Source: Candidatus Amesbacteria bacterium (lineage in GTDB: Bacteria > Patescibacteriota > Microgenomatia > CAZETR01 > Amesbacteraceae). From it: a DNA stretch of 50,924 bases. Every line of letters begins with the position of its first letter. Position 1 is the first letter of the stretch. Position numbers and translations under genes: made by a program. Shown piece after piece: positions 35,929 to 43,368 of the stretch. Below the pieces are notes generated by a model that was not told the DNA's origin, did not search any database, and worked only from the letters and a program-made list of their open reading frames with translations. The stretch spans positions 1 through 50,924 of the forward strand of contig JACRNA010000013.1 of NCBI GenBank assembly GCA_016219445.1. The letters are read 5' to 3'.

Positions 35929-36114
35929 AGCGGTGGATCGGATTTGAACCCGCTTCTTTTCCTTGCCTGCCCGCCATCACCAGACTGAGTGGGATACGAG
36001 AATCGGACTCGCATCTTCTGCTTGGGAAGCAGACGTACTACCACTGTACTAATCCCACTCGCTCAGGCATGGCAGGCGGGGGAAGGAGACATTCTACCAC
36101 TGAACTACCACCGC
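35929..36114 (-). pseudogene. split tRNA-Gly(CCC)-like gene interrupted after anticodon position 36 by a 115-nt insert
   Basis: The 5' half (36114-36080) is GCGGTGG TA GTTC AGTGGTA GAAT G TCTCC TT CCC. The 3' half (35964-35929) is AA GGAAA AGAA GCGGG TTCAAAT CCGAT CCACCGC T. The T stem no longer pairs. Confidence 0.5.
35988..36058 (-). tRNA. tRNA-Gly (anticodon CCC), nested inside the split gene
   Basis: GTGGGAT/ATCCCAC acceptor, GTAC/GTAC D stem, TCTGC-TTCCCAA-GCAGA anticodon arm, GCGAG-TCCGATT-CTCGT T arm, discriminator U. Position 55 is an unusual C. Confidence 0.8.
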
Positions 36115-36120
36115 ACCCAT

Positions 36121-36498
36121 CTATTTTAATACAAATTTCTGTCCGGGATAGATGAGATTGGGATTTTGGCCCACCACGGATTTATTTAGCTGGTAGAGCT
36201 TGACCCAGTTGTAACCGGAGCCGGTTTGTTCAGCGGCAATTTTCCACAAGGAATCACCTGGTTTGACTACATATTCGGTTCCTACAGCTACGGTCTTGGT
36301 TTCAGTAGTCAGATTGGCTGATTCGGTAGCAGAGGATGAGACATTGGCCTGGTCAGTTACACTTGGGTTTTTAGCTGTTTTGAGATAATTAAATAGTAAT
36401 CCTCCGACCAGAAGGACAACTACAGCTCCCAAAATCATGCTCATGGTTTGTTCGTTTAGACTAAAATTGAGTTTAAACTTTTTCAAAAAGTCTTTCAT
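36121..36498 (-). CDS. LysM-domain peptidoglycan-binding protein with an N-terminal TM anchor
   Basis: YVVKPGDSLWKIAAEQ...NLIYPGQKFVL LysM motif. SD AAGGAG lies 8 nt before the ATG at 36498. Confidence 0.85.
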   Translation of the reverse strand: MKDFLKKFKLNFSLNEQTMSMILGAVVVLLVGGLLFNYLKTAKNPSVTDQANVSSSATESANLTTETKTVAVGTEYVVKPGDSLWKIAAEQTGSGYNWVKLYQLNKSVVGQNPNLIYPGQKFVLK

Positions 36499-36575
36499 AT
36501 TTATTCTCCTTTCCAGGGCAGAGGTTTGTGGCAAATATAACACATTTCAAAAATATTTGTTAAAATAAATCATCT

Positions 36576-36649
36576 GGAGCTGTAGCGCAGCTGGTTAGCG
36601 CGGCGCCTTGTCAAGGCGTAGGTCGCGGGTTCGAATCCCGTCAGCTCCG
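36576..36649 (+). tRNA. tRNA-Asp (anticodon GTC)
   Basis: GGAGCTG/CAGCTCC acceptor, GCGCC-TTGTCAA-GGCGT anticodon arm, GCGGG-TTCGAAT-CCCGT T arm, discriminator G. Confidence 0.95.
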
Positions 36650-36657
36650 CAAAAATT

Positions 36658-37041
36658 ATGAACAAGAAGATTTTGGTTGGAGCAGTAGGGGCAGCAGCTT
36701 TGGCGGCTGGAATTTATTTCAAAACAATTGATGCCCCTGAATTGACAAATTGCGGCGGCGAACAAGCCAAAGAAGCCCTGGAAAAAATAATATTGGGGAA
36801 AAAGGTGACGCTGAATGTAGCTACCAATGATACCTTTGGTCGGAAAGTAGCCTCCGTCTGGTCAGGCAGGACTTGGATAGACCAGAAATTAATGGAAACA
36901 GGCTGGGTAGCATACTCCTCATCAACACAGGATTCCGATCATATTTTGCAAAATATCGACTGGAAAAATAGAGAAAAGAAAATCGGTATTTATAGTGAAT
37001 TGTGTACTCAGTATGAGAATAAAGAGAAACCGATTGGATAA
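36658..37041 (+). CDS. staphylococcal-nuclease-like (thermonuclease) protein, membrane anchored, short
   Basis: TIDAPE, GKKVTL...D.FGRKVA and KKIGIYS resemble SNase core strands. N-terminal hydrophobic anchor. Confidence 0.55.
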   Translation: MNKKILVGAVGAAALAAGIYFKTIDAPELTNCGGEQAKEALEKIILGKKVTLNVATNDTFGRKVASVWSGRTWIDQKLMETGWVAYSSSTQDSDHILQNIDWKNREKKIGIYSELCTQYENKEKPIG

Positions 37042-37122
37042 GGATTTGAAATGGGTAGTGGATGTCGTGGCAGATGAATACAAACAATTGCCTTACGGTC
37101 TGACAGGTGAGCTAATATTGCC

Positions 37123-37716
37123 ATGAATAAAGTAACGGTTTTAGTTGAAGGCTACGCTCATCCCAATGACGATGGATCGTATACAGCCAGTCCCACAGCA
37201 GCTCTAATTGAAACTGAAAATAAAAAGATTTTGGTAGATCCTGGGACAAACTCCGAAAAATTATTAGAAGCGCTGAAAGCTAAAAATTTAAATGTAGCTG
37301 ATATCTCATTTATTTATTTAAGTCACTATCATCCTGATCATTTTCTAAATATCCGATTGTTTCCAAATATTGATATTTATGATGGGGGAATTAGATGGAG
37401 TGGTGACAAGGAATATTTTTATACTGGTTTTTTACCAGAGACTGACATAGAAATCTTAAAAACTCCCGGTCATTCTCCAGAGGACTGTGCACTTCTTATA
37501 AATACTAAAGACGGTAATGTTTGTATAGCACCTGATGTTTTTTGGTGGGAAGATGGCAAGCAAAATTCAGATACTATAGATGACTTATTAAATTTAGTAG
37601 ATCCATTTGCGACTGACACTGTTGCGTTGCTAAAGTCACGCCGCTTAATAATAGAAAAATCCGATTTCATTATCCCCGGCCATGGAAAAATGTTTAAGAC
37701 TCCTAAGCTGATATAA
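37123..37716 (+). CDS. MBL-fold metallo-hydrolase
   Basis: HxHxDH motif (LSHYHPDHF), and later TPGHSPED and PGHG ligand motifs. Confidence 0.85.
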   Translation: MNKVTVLVEGYAHPNDDGSYTASPTAALIETENKKILVDPGTNSEKLLEALKAKNLNVADISFIYLSHYHPDHFLNIRLFPNIDIYDGGIRWSGDKEYFYTGFLPETDIEILKTPGHSPEDCALLINTKDGNVCIAPDVFWWEDGKQNSDTIDDLLNLVDPFATDTVALLKSRRLIIEKSDFIIPGHGKMFKTPKLI

Positions 37717-37717
37717 T
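37709..37717 (+). promoter_or_regulatory. extended -10 candidate TGaTATAAT placed 6 nt before the pepF ATG
   Basis: TG at 37709-37710, TATAAT at 37712-37717, N6, ATG at 37724. Confidence 0.4.
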
Positions 37718-37723
37718 CAAAGG

Positions 37724-39433
37724 ATGAAAACCACTTGGAATTTTGGATTATTAAATACCTCGGAAGACCAATTGAAAATTGTGGAAGAAAAGAATGTGGC
37801 TTTTGCAACCAAATGGAAAGACCGAGATGATTATTTGAGTGACGCAAAATTTTTGCGCGAAGCGCTGCTTGAATTTGATGATTTACAACGGAATTATGGC
37901 ACTACCGGAGATCTAGGTTATTATTGGGGACTTAGAAAATCACAAGACCAATCCGATCCGGCCATACAAGCCCAAAATAATAAGTTGGAAGAATTCTCGG
38001 TCAAACTCTATAACCAAAATCAATTCTTTTTATTAAAGCTGGCAAAAGTTTCCATAGATAAACAAAAAGAGTTTTTGGATCATCCGGAGTTGGTGAATTT
38101 CAGGCACTTTCTGGAACATTTGTTTGCCATCGGCAAGTTTACGCTTTCAGATTTGGAGGAAAAAATATTAAATCTGAAAAATAATTCTGCCCACTCCGGT
38201 TGGGTTCGGATGACATCGCAATTTTTGTCGGAAGAGAAAGTGGGCAGTCGGACGCTCGAGGAATATTTATCTGATTTGCAATTACCCGATGCAAAAGTTC
38301 GAGAGGTAGCAGGTCTGGCAATCAGTGAAATAATGAATAGAAATGTCAAGATTGCTGAGCATGAATTAAACGCCATTCTCTATGACAAAAAAGTCAATGA
38401 TAATTTACGCGGAGTTGTCAGGCCCGATCTGATGCGCCACTTGGCTGATGATATAGATTCAGAGATAGTCGACGCCATGGTTGAGGTCGTGAGTTCCAAG
38501 TTTTCTCTGGCTCACAAGTTTTATGAAACAAAAGCCAAAATCTTGGGTCTGCCAAAACTGAAGTATTGGGACAGGAGTGCACCGATTGAAAATACTCAAG
38601 TTGATTATGATTTTGAAAAATCAGTCAATTTAGTTGCAAATGTTTTTGGCAACTTGGATCCCGAATTTCAGAAAATATTTATGGGATTTGTAAACAATGG
38701 CCAAATAGATGTCTACCCAAAACTTGGCAAGCGCGGTGGGGCATATTGCGCCATCGAAAGACCAACCCAACCCACCTATATTTTGTTAAATCATACCAAC
38801 CACTTGCGTGATGTTTTGACATTGGCGCACGAAGCGGGACACGGAATTAACAATGAATTGATGAAATCGCAAAAATATGCGCTCAATTTTGGTTCGCCTC
38901 TATCTACGGCCGAAGTCGCCAGTACTTTTATGGAAGATTTTGTTTTGCAACGTTTGCCAAAAGATAAATCTCTAATTATGAAAAAGCTTGACGACGATAT
39001 CTCAACTATTTTTAGACAAGTTGCCGCGTATAAGTTTGAGCAGGAATTACATCAGTTGTTCCGTCGAAAAAATTATTTATCAAAAGAAGAAATCGGTGAG
39101 ATCTTCCAAAAACATATGGCCAGTTATATGGGAGATTTTGTAGAACAAAATGATGGCGCTCAAAATTGGTGGGTATATTGGTCTCATTTCAGAAATTTTT
39201 TTTATGTTTATTCCTACGCTTCAGGATTGCTGATTTCCAAAGCCCTACAAAGCAAGGTCAAACAAGACCCAAAATTTATAAAGGAAGTAAAATGGTTTTT
39301 GGCTCAAGGGTCGTCCGATTCACCCAAAAATTTGTTTTTGTCACTTGGAATTGATATAACTGATCAAGACTTTTGGCTTTCCGGTATTTCCGAAGTCGAA
39401 AAGTTGTTTGAGGAGGTGAGTTTATTAGTATGA
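37724..39433 (+). CDS. pepF: M3-family oligoendopeptidase F-like metallopeptidase
   Basis: HEAGHG zinc motif in an approximately 570-aa all-helical protein with a PepF-like N-terminus. Confidence 0.8.
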   Translation: MKTTWNFGLLNTSEDQLKIVEEKNVAFATKWKDRDDYLSDAKFLREALLEFDDLQRNYGTTGDLGYYWGLRKSQDQSDPAIQAQNNKLEEFSVKLYNQNQFFLLKLAKVSIDKQKEFLDHPELVNFRHFLEHLFAIGKFTLSDLEEKILNLKNNSAHSGWVRMTSQFLSEEKVGSRTLEEYLSDLQLPDAKVREVAGLAISEIMNRNVKIAEHELNAILYDKKVNDNLRGVVRPDLMRHLADDIDSEIVDAMVEVVSSKFSLAHKFYETKAKILGLPKLKYWDRSAPIENTQVDYDFEKSVNLVANVFGNLDPEFQKIFMGFVNNGQIDVYPKLGKRGGAYCAIERPTQPTYILLNHTNHLRDVLTLAHEAGHGINNELMKSQKYALNFGSPLSTAEVASTFMEDFVLQRLPKDKSLIMKKLDDDISTIFRQVAAYKFEQELHQLFRRKNYLSKEEIGEIFQKHMASYMGDFVEQNDGAQNWWVYWSHFRNFFYVYSYASGLLISKALQSKVKQDPKFIKEVKWFLAQGSSDSPKNLFLSLGIDITDQDFWLSGISEVEKLFEEVSLLV

Positions 39434-39978
39434 GTTTACCTATACTATTATTAGGAGGTTTGGTATTGGTGGTTCTGTATGTCGTGGGAGTCTACAACGG
39501 ACTAGTGGCTAATAAAACCCAGATCGGAGCATCAGTCCAGGAAATCGGCAATCAATTGAAACGGCAATCAGAGCTGATTCCAAATTTGGAGACATCAGCC
39601 AAAGCTTACCTCAAGCACGAGAAGGAAATATTAAAGATGCTTTCAGACGCCCGCAAAATGAGCGATCCATCAGCCAAAGTGGCAGAAATCTTGCCAAAGC
39701 TGCAGGTTATCATGGAGAGTAATCCACAGATGAAAGGGGCCGAGGTCATTACCAATCTCATGGGAGAACTGCGTGACACTTCAGACAAAGTCATGTATTC
39801 CAGAAGAACAATGATTGATTTAACAGCTGATTACAATATCAAAATTGCCACATTCCCGAGCAACGTGGTGGCCAATGCTTTTGGATTCAAGTCTGGAAAA
39901 GGCATGGAGATGCCAGAAAATTCTGATTTTTTGAAAGTTATTAAGGAAGATACAAAAAATCCAAAAATCAATTTATAA
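39430..39978 (+). CDS. lemA: LemA family protein
   Basis: N-terminal TM helix, then YNGLV...V.E...Q..RQSELIPNL...PQMKG...L..EL...DKV...RR..YN.... Confidence 0.9.
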   Translation: MSLPILLLGGLVLVVLYVVGVYNGLVANKTQIGASVQEIGNQLKRQSELIPNLETSAKAYLKHEKEILKMLSDARKMSDPSAKVAEILPKLQVIMESNPQMKGAEVITNLMGELRDTSDKVMYSRRTMIDLTADYNIKIATFPSNVVANAFGFKSGKGMEMPENSDFLKVIKEDTKNPKINL

Positions 39979-39991
39979 CTCACCCCCTGCC

Positions 39992-40014
39992 CCCTCTCTT
40001 AAATTAAGAGAGGG
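39992..40014 (+). repeat. perfect 10-bp hairpin CCCTCTCTTA-AAT-TAAGAGAGGG between lemA and htpX
   Basis: Read directly. It is embedded in a longer imperfect dyad at 39977-40032, with no clean T run after it. Confidence 0.6.
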
Positions 40015-40040
40015 GAACGGAAGGGGAGAGTTATTTCTGT

Positions 40041-40940
40041 ATGAACAATGTCTTTGAATCAGTAGAGGCCAACAAGCGCAAAAGCTGGCTAGTAGTAGCT
40101 GGTTTTGTGGTGTTTGTAATGTTGGTAGCCTATGTAATGTCACAGCAGATGGGTATTGGGGCTTTGGGTTTGGGATTTGTGGTTTCGGGAGTGATGAGTT
40201 TTGGATCATATTATTGGAGTGACAAGATAGTCTTGGGAATTTCTGGCGCCAGACCAGCCAATAAAAAGCATGATTTTATGTTTTTTACTGTTGCTGAAAA
40301 CTTGAGTATGGCAGCCAGAATTCCCATACCCAAGCTGTATGTCATTGACGATACAGCTCTCAATGCTTTTGCTACAGGGCGGGATCCTGAGCACGCTGCC
40401 GTTTGTGCAACTACAGGATTATTGACCCAGTTGAACCGCACAGAACTCGAGGGGGTAATCGGGCATGAATTGTCTCATGTGGCAAACTATGATACGAGAC
40501 TTATGTCCATAGTTACTATCTTAGTTGGATTGATTACTTTACTTGGTGATTGGTTACTTAGAGCGACATTTTATTCAAAATCAAATTCTGATGATAATAG
40601 AAGCTCAAATGCGATATTTTTGGTAATTGGTATTTTATTGGCTATATTATCACCGATAATTGCCCAGATTATTCAGCTCGCAATTTCCAGACGGCGGGAA
40701 TATCTGGCCGATGCATCTTCGGTTAAACTTACGAGGCAACCATCTGGGTTGATTTCGGCTCTAAAAAAGTTGGGCGCAGACAAAGAACCCTTAGAAGCTG
40801 CCAACAAAGCCACCGCCCATTTGTATATTGTTAATCCGCTCAATAATTTATCTTCCGATGCCCGTGGCTGGTTTTCAAATTTATTTAACACTCATCCTCC
40901 CCTTGCCGACCGCATCAAGGTTCTCGAATACATGAGTTAA
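40041..40940 (+). CDS. htpX: M48-family zinc metalloprotease HtpX
   Basis: HELSHVANYD (HExxH), four TM segments, the downstream REYLADA glutamate, and C-terminal HPPLADRI. Confidence 0.9.
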   Translation: MNNVFESVEANKRKSWLVVAGFVVFVMLVAYVMSQQMGIGALGLGFVVSGVMSFGSYYWSDKIVLGISGARPANKKHDFMFFTVAENLSMAARIPIPKLYVIDDTALNAFATGRDPEHAAVCATTGLLTQLNRTELEGVIGHELSHVANYDTRLMSIVTILVGLITLLGDWLLRATFYSKSNSDDNRSSNAIFLVIGILLAILSPIIAQIIQLAISRRREYLADASSVKLTRQPSGLISALKKLGADKEPLEAANKATAHLYIVNPLNNLSSDARGWFSNLFNTHPPLADRIKVLEYMS

Positions 40941-40953
40941 ATATTGAGCTTGC

Positions 40954-41724
40954 AGGGCGTCCCCCTTCAAATCAGAATAATAATATTACTCATCCAATAT
41001 CAATTCTTTTACAAAATCCTGCGAATCATAGTCGATATTGCTTTCCACAAATTCGCGGTATGAGTTGTATCCGGTTTTTGCAAAGTGATTGAGAATTTCA
41101 TTTGGCTTGACCCATCCGGTTGTCACCATATTCAGATAATTTTTATATGAGGAATGTGGATAACTCTGAAGGGGGACGCCTTTTGAGGCGGGATTTTTGT
41201 GAATATACCTTGTGAGATGAAGTAGTTGAGCCTCGGTTTTTACCAGTACTGCCTTATATGTACCCTGGAATAGATGCCCGACTCTCTTGTATCTTTTGTT
41301 AAAATACATACTGTACCGGGTTGAAAATGAATTCATCAGAGAATCAATGCTCGTGGCAACAGTTTGTTTGACGAGCAAGTGAAAGTGGTTTGGCATTTGG
41401 CAATACGCGAGTAGCGTTACCGTATCCGAAAAATTGTTAAGCTTAAGCATTTTTGCCGCGTCAGCTTTTTGCTTTGGCGATGAATGAAAATCAGTCAATA
41501 CGTCACGGAGATACGCCTCATCTTTGGGGGTTAAATATTCACCTAGATATTTCAAAAAAACTCCATGATCTTGTTCGTCCACAAATATTCGCCGTTTTTC
41601 AACACCACGATTATAAATATGATAGTAAGAATCTGCAATAAATTCCTTTATCGAATTTTTGGCTGGCATCCTATATTTATTCTAACACTTTTCAATTGTG
41701 GATAACTTTGAAGGGGGACGCCCT
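40954..41724 (-). mobile_element. RAYT/IS200-like unit bounded by perfect 18-bp inverted repeats
   Basis: AGGGCGTCCCCCTTCAAA (40954-40971) is the exact reverse complement of TTTGAAGGGGGACGCCCT (41707-41724). A single Y1 transposase gene lies inside, and the unit is 771 bp. Confidence 0.55.
40986..41669 (-). CDS. Y1 HUH transposase, REP-associated (RAYT)/IS200-like
   Basis: HUH motif PNHFHLLV and catalytic-Tyr motif LTRYIHKNP. TGtTAGAAT lies 9 nt upstream of the ATG. Confidence 0.85.
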   Translation of the reverse strand: MPAKNSIKEFIADSYYHIYNRGVEKRRIFVDEQDHGVFLKYLGEYLTPKDEAYLRDVLTDFHSSPKQKADAAKMLKLNNFSDTVTLLAYCQMPNHFHLLVKQTVATSIDSLMNSFSTRYSMYFNKRYKRVGHLFQGTYKAVLVKTEAQLLHLTRYIHKNPASKGVPLQSYPHSSYKNYLNMVTTGWVKPNEILNHFAKTGYNSYREFVESNIDYDSQDFVKELILDE

Positions 41725-41747
41725 TCAGCACAGAGTATTTCTATTTG

Positions 41748-41756
41748 TGCTAAACT
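41748..41756 (+). promoter_or_regulatory. extended -10 candidate TGcTAAACT placed 6 nt before the gatC ATG
   Basis: TG at 41748-41749, TAAACT at 41751-41756, N6, ATG at 41763. Confidence 0.45.
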
Positions 41757-41762
41757 TAATAA

Positions 41763-42014
41763 ATGGATGTAAAGAAGGTGGCAAAGCTGGCTAATTTGCT
41801 GATAAGTGACGATATGGCACAAAAATTGCAAAAAGATTTGGATGCCACGGTTGGTTTAGTAGATGAATTGGCAAAGTTGGATTTACAAAATGTAGTACCA
41901 ACTTCTCAAGTCACTGGTCTTACAAATATTATGCGTGACGATGTGATAGACACAACAAGAATATTACCAACAACGGGTTATTTCAAAGTCAAAGCCATCT
42001 TCAATGAATCTTGA
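41763..42014 (+). CDS. gatC: Asp/Glu-tRNA(Asn/Gln) amidotransferase subunit C
   Basis: 83 aa, VAKLANL...L..D.....V..L..LD pattern, directly before gatA. Confidence 0.85.
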   Translation: MDVKKVAKLANLLISDDMAQKLQKDLDATVGLVDELAKLDLQNVVPTSQVTGLTNIMRDDVIDTTRILPTTGYFKVKAIFNES

Positions 42015-43368
42015 TCTCTCCATTTCAGAATTAGCAAAAAAGTACCGGTCAGGAGTAGTAACTCCCGAGGATGTGCTGAATGAATGTCTGGAAAATATTG
42101 AGAAGAATAATCCGAAACTAAACATATTTATTACTCTCCGCGATAGACAAGAATTGTTAGCTGAAGCGAGAAATGTGAAGTTTGAGACATTGTTATCTGG
42201 TATTCCTTATGTCTTAAAAGATGCGTATGTTACAAAAGATATTAGGACTACTTCAGCCTCAAATGTATTGAATAACTACATTCCGGATTATGACGCCACC
42301 GTTGTCAAGAAATTGCGCGATGCTGGAGCGATTTTGATAGGCAAAACTAATATGGATGCCTGGGGACATGGTGGAAGCTCGGAAAATACTGACTTTGGTC
42401 CGGTCAAAAATCCTTGGGATGTGTCTCGTGTTGCAGGTGGTTCATCAGGTGGCGCTGCAGTTGCCGTGTCTGCCCGGATGGCCATGTTTGCAATAGGCGA
42501 AGATACAGGTGGTTCTATCAGAAACCCCGCTGGTTGGTGCGGTATCTCAGGATTAAAGGTAACTTATGGCAGGGTTAGCCGGTATGGCGCGATTGCCTAC
42601 GCTTCGTCGCTAGACTCGGTTGGTCCTATGGCTAAAAATGTAGAAGATCTAAGTTTGATTTTAGAATTAATTGCCGGTCAGGACAAGCTGGATGCCACTT
42701 CATCGCCCACAGAAGTACCGGTATATTCCAAGAATCTTAACTTAGATCTTAAAAATATAAAAATTGGTATTCCACTAGAACCAGATCAAGCTATCAAAGA
42801 TGCACTAGTGAAGCTTAAGGAATTGGGGGCAGAAATTATGGAAGTTTCTTTGCCAATGCTCAAATATGCCGTACCGACTTATTATTTATTAGCCCCGAGT
42901 GAAACCAGCTCAAATTTGGGACGGTATGACGGCATAAGATTTGGTCAGGATAGATCTAATTTTACTCAGGAATCGATGCGTCGAATTATAATTGGAACGT
43001 ATGCATTGTCAGCAGGTTATTATGATGCATATTATAAAAAAGCTCAACAAGCCAGGACAAAAATAATTGAAGATTACAATACGGCCTTTGAAAAATGTGA
43101 TGTAATTGTAATGCCCGTGGCGCCGACAGTTGCCACGAAATTAGGTGAACTGATTTCTGATCCTGTAAAAAACATGTTGGCTGATTTATATATGGTCACG
43201 ACAAATATCGCTGGAATTCCTTCTCTTGCGATTCCATGTGGTTTCGAAGAGGGGGTGCCAGTGGGATTTCAAATTCAAGGCCCAATGTTTTCCGAAGAAT
43301 TGTTATTTAAAATTGGCCATCAATATCAGCAGGTGACCGATTGGCACAAAGCCAAACCAAACATATGA
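42004..43368 (+). CDS. gatA: Asp/Glu-tRNA(Asn/Gln) amidotransferase subunit A
   Basis: Amidase signature GGSSGGAAVAV...GEDTGGSIRNPA. Confidence 0.95.
   Translation: MNLDLSISELAKKYRSGVVTPEDVLNECLENIEKNNPKLNIFITLRDRQELLAEARNVKFETLLSGIPYVLKDAYVTKDIRTTSASNVLNNYIPDYDATVVKKLRDAGAILIGKTNMDAWGHGGSSENTDFGPVKNPWDVSRVAGGSSGGAAVAVSARMAMFAIGEDTGGSIRNPAGWCGISGLKVTYGRVSRYGAIAYASSLDSVGPMAKNVEDLSLILELIAGQDKLDATSSPTEVPVYSKNLNLDLKNIKIGIPLEPDQAIKDALVKLKELGAEIMEVSLPMLKYAVPTYYLLAPSETSSNLGRYDGIRFGQDRSNFTQESMRRIIIGTYALSAGYYDAYYKKAQQARTKIIEDYNTAFEKCDVIVMPVAPTVATKLGELISDPVKNMLADLYMVTTNIAGIPSLAIPCGFEEGVPVGFQIQGPMFSEELLFKIGHQYQQVTDWHKAKPNI

Noticed and set aside
35859-36155. The 61-aa and 93-aa ORFs at 35859-36044 (minus strand) and 35874-36155 (plus strand).
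   Set aside because: Both are read through the tRNA-Gly locus, and the sequence is explained by tRNA structure.
690-41705. Three perfect DnaA-box 9-mers (TGTGGATAA at 690, 41155 and 41697) as an oriC signature.
   Set aside because: All three are part of the RAYT-associated repeat and derive from SYPH/Q codons. They are 40 kb apart rather than clustered, with no dnaA/dnaN nearby and no AT-rich unwinding element identified.
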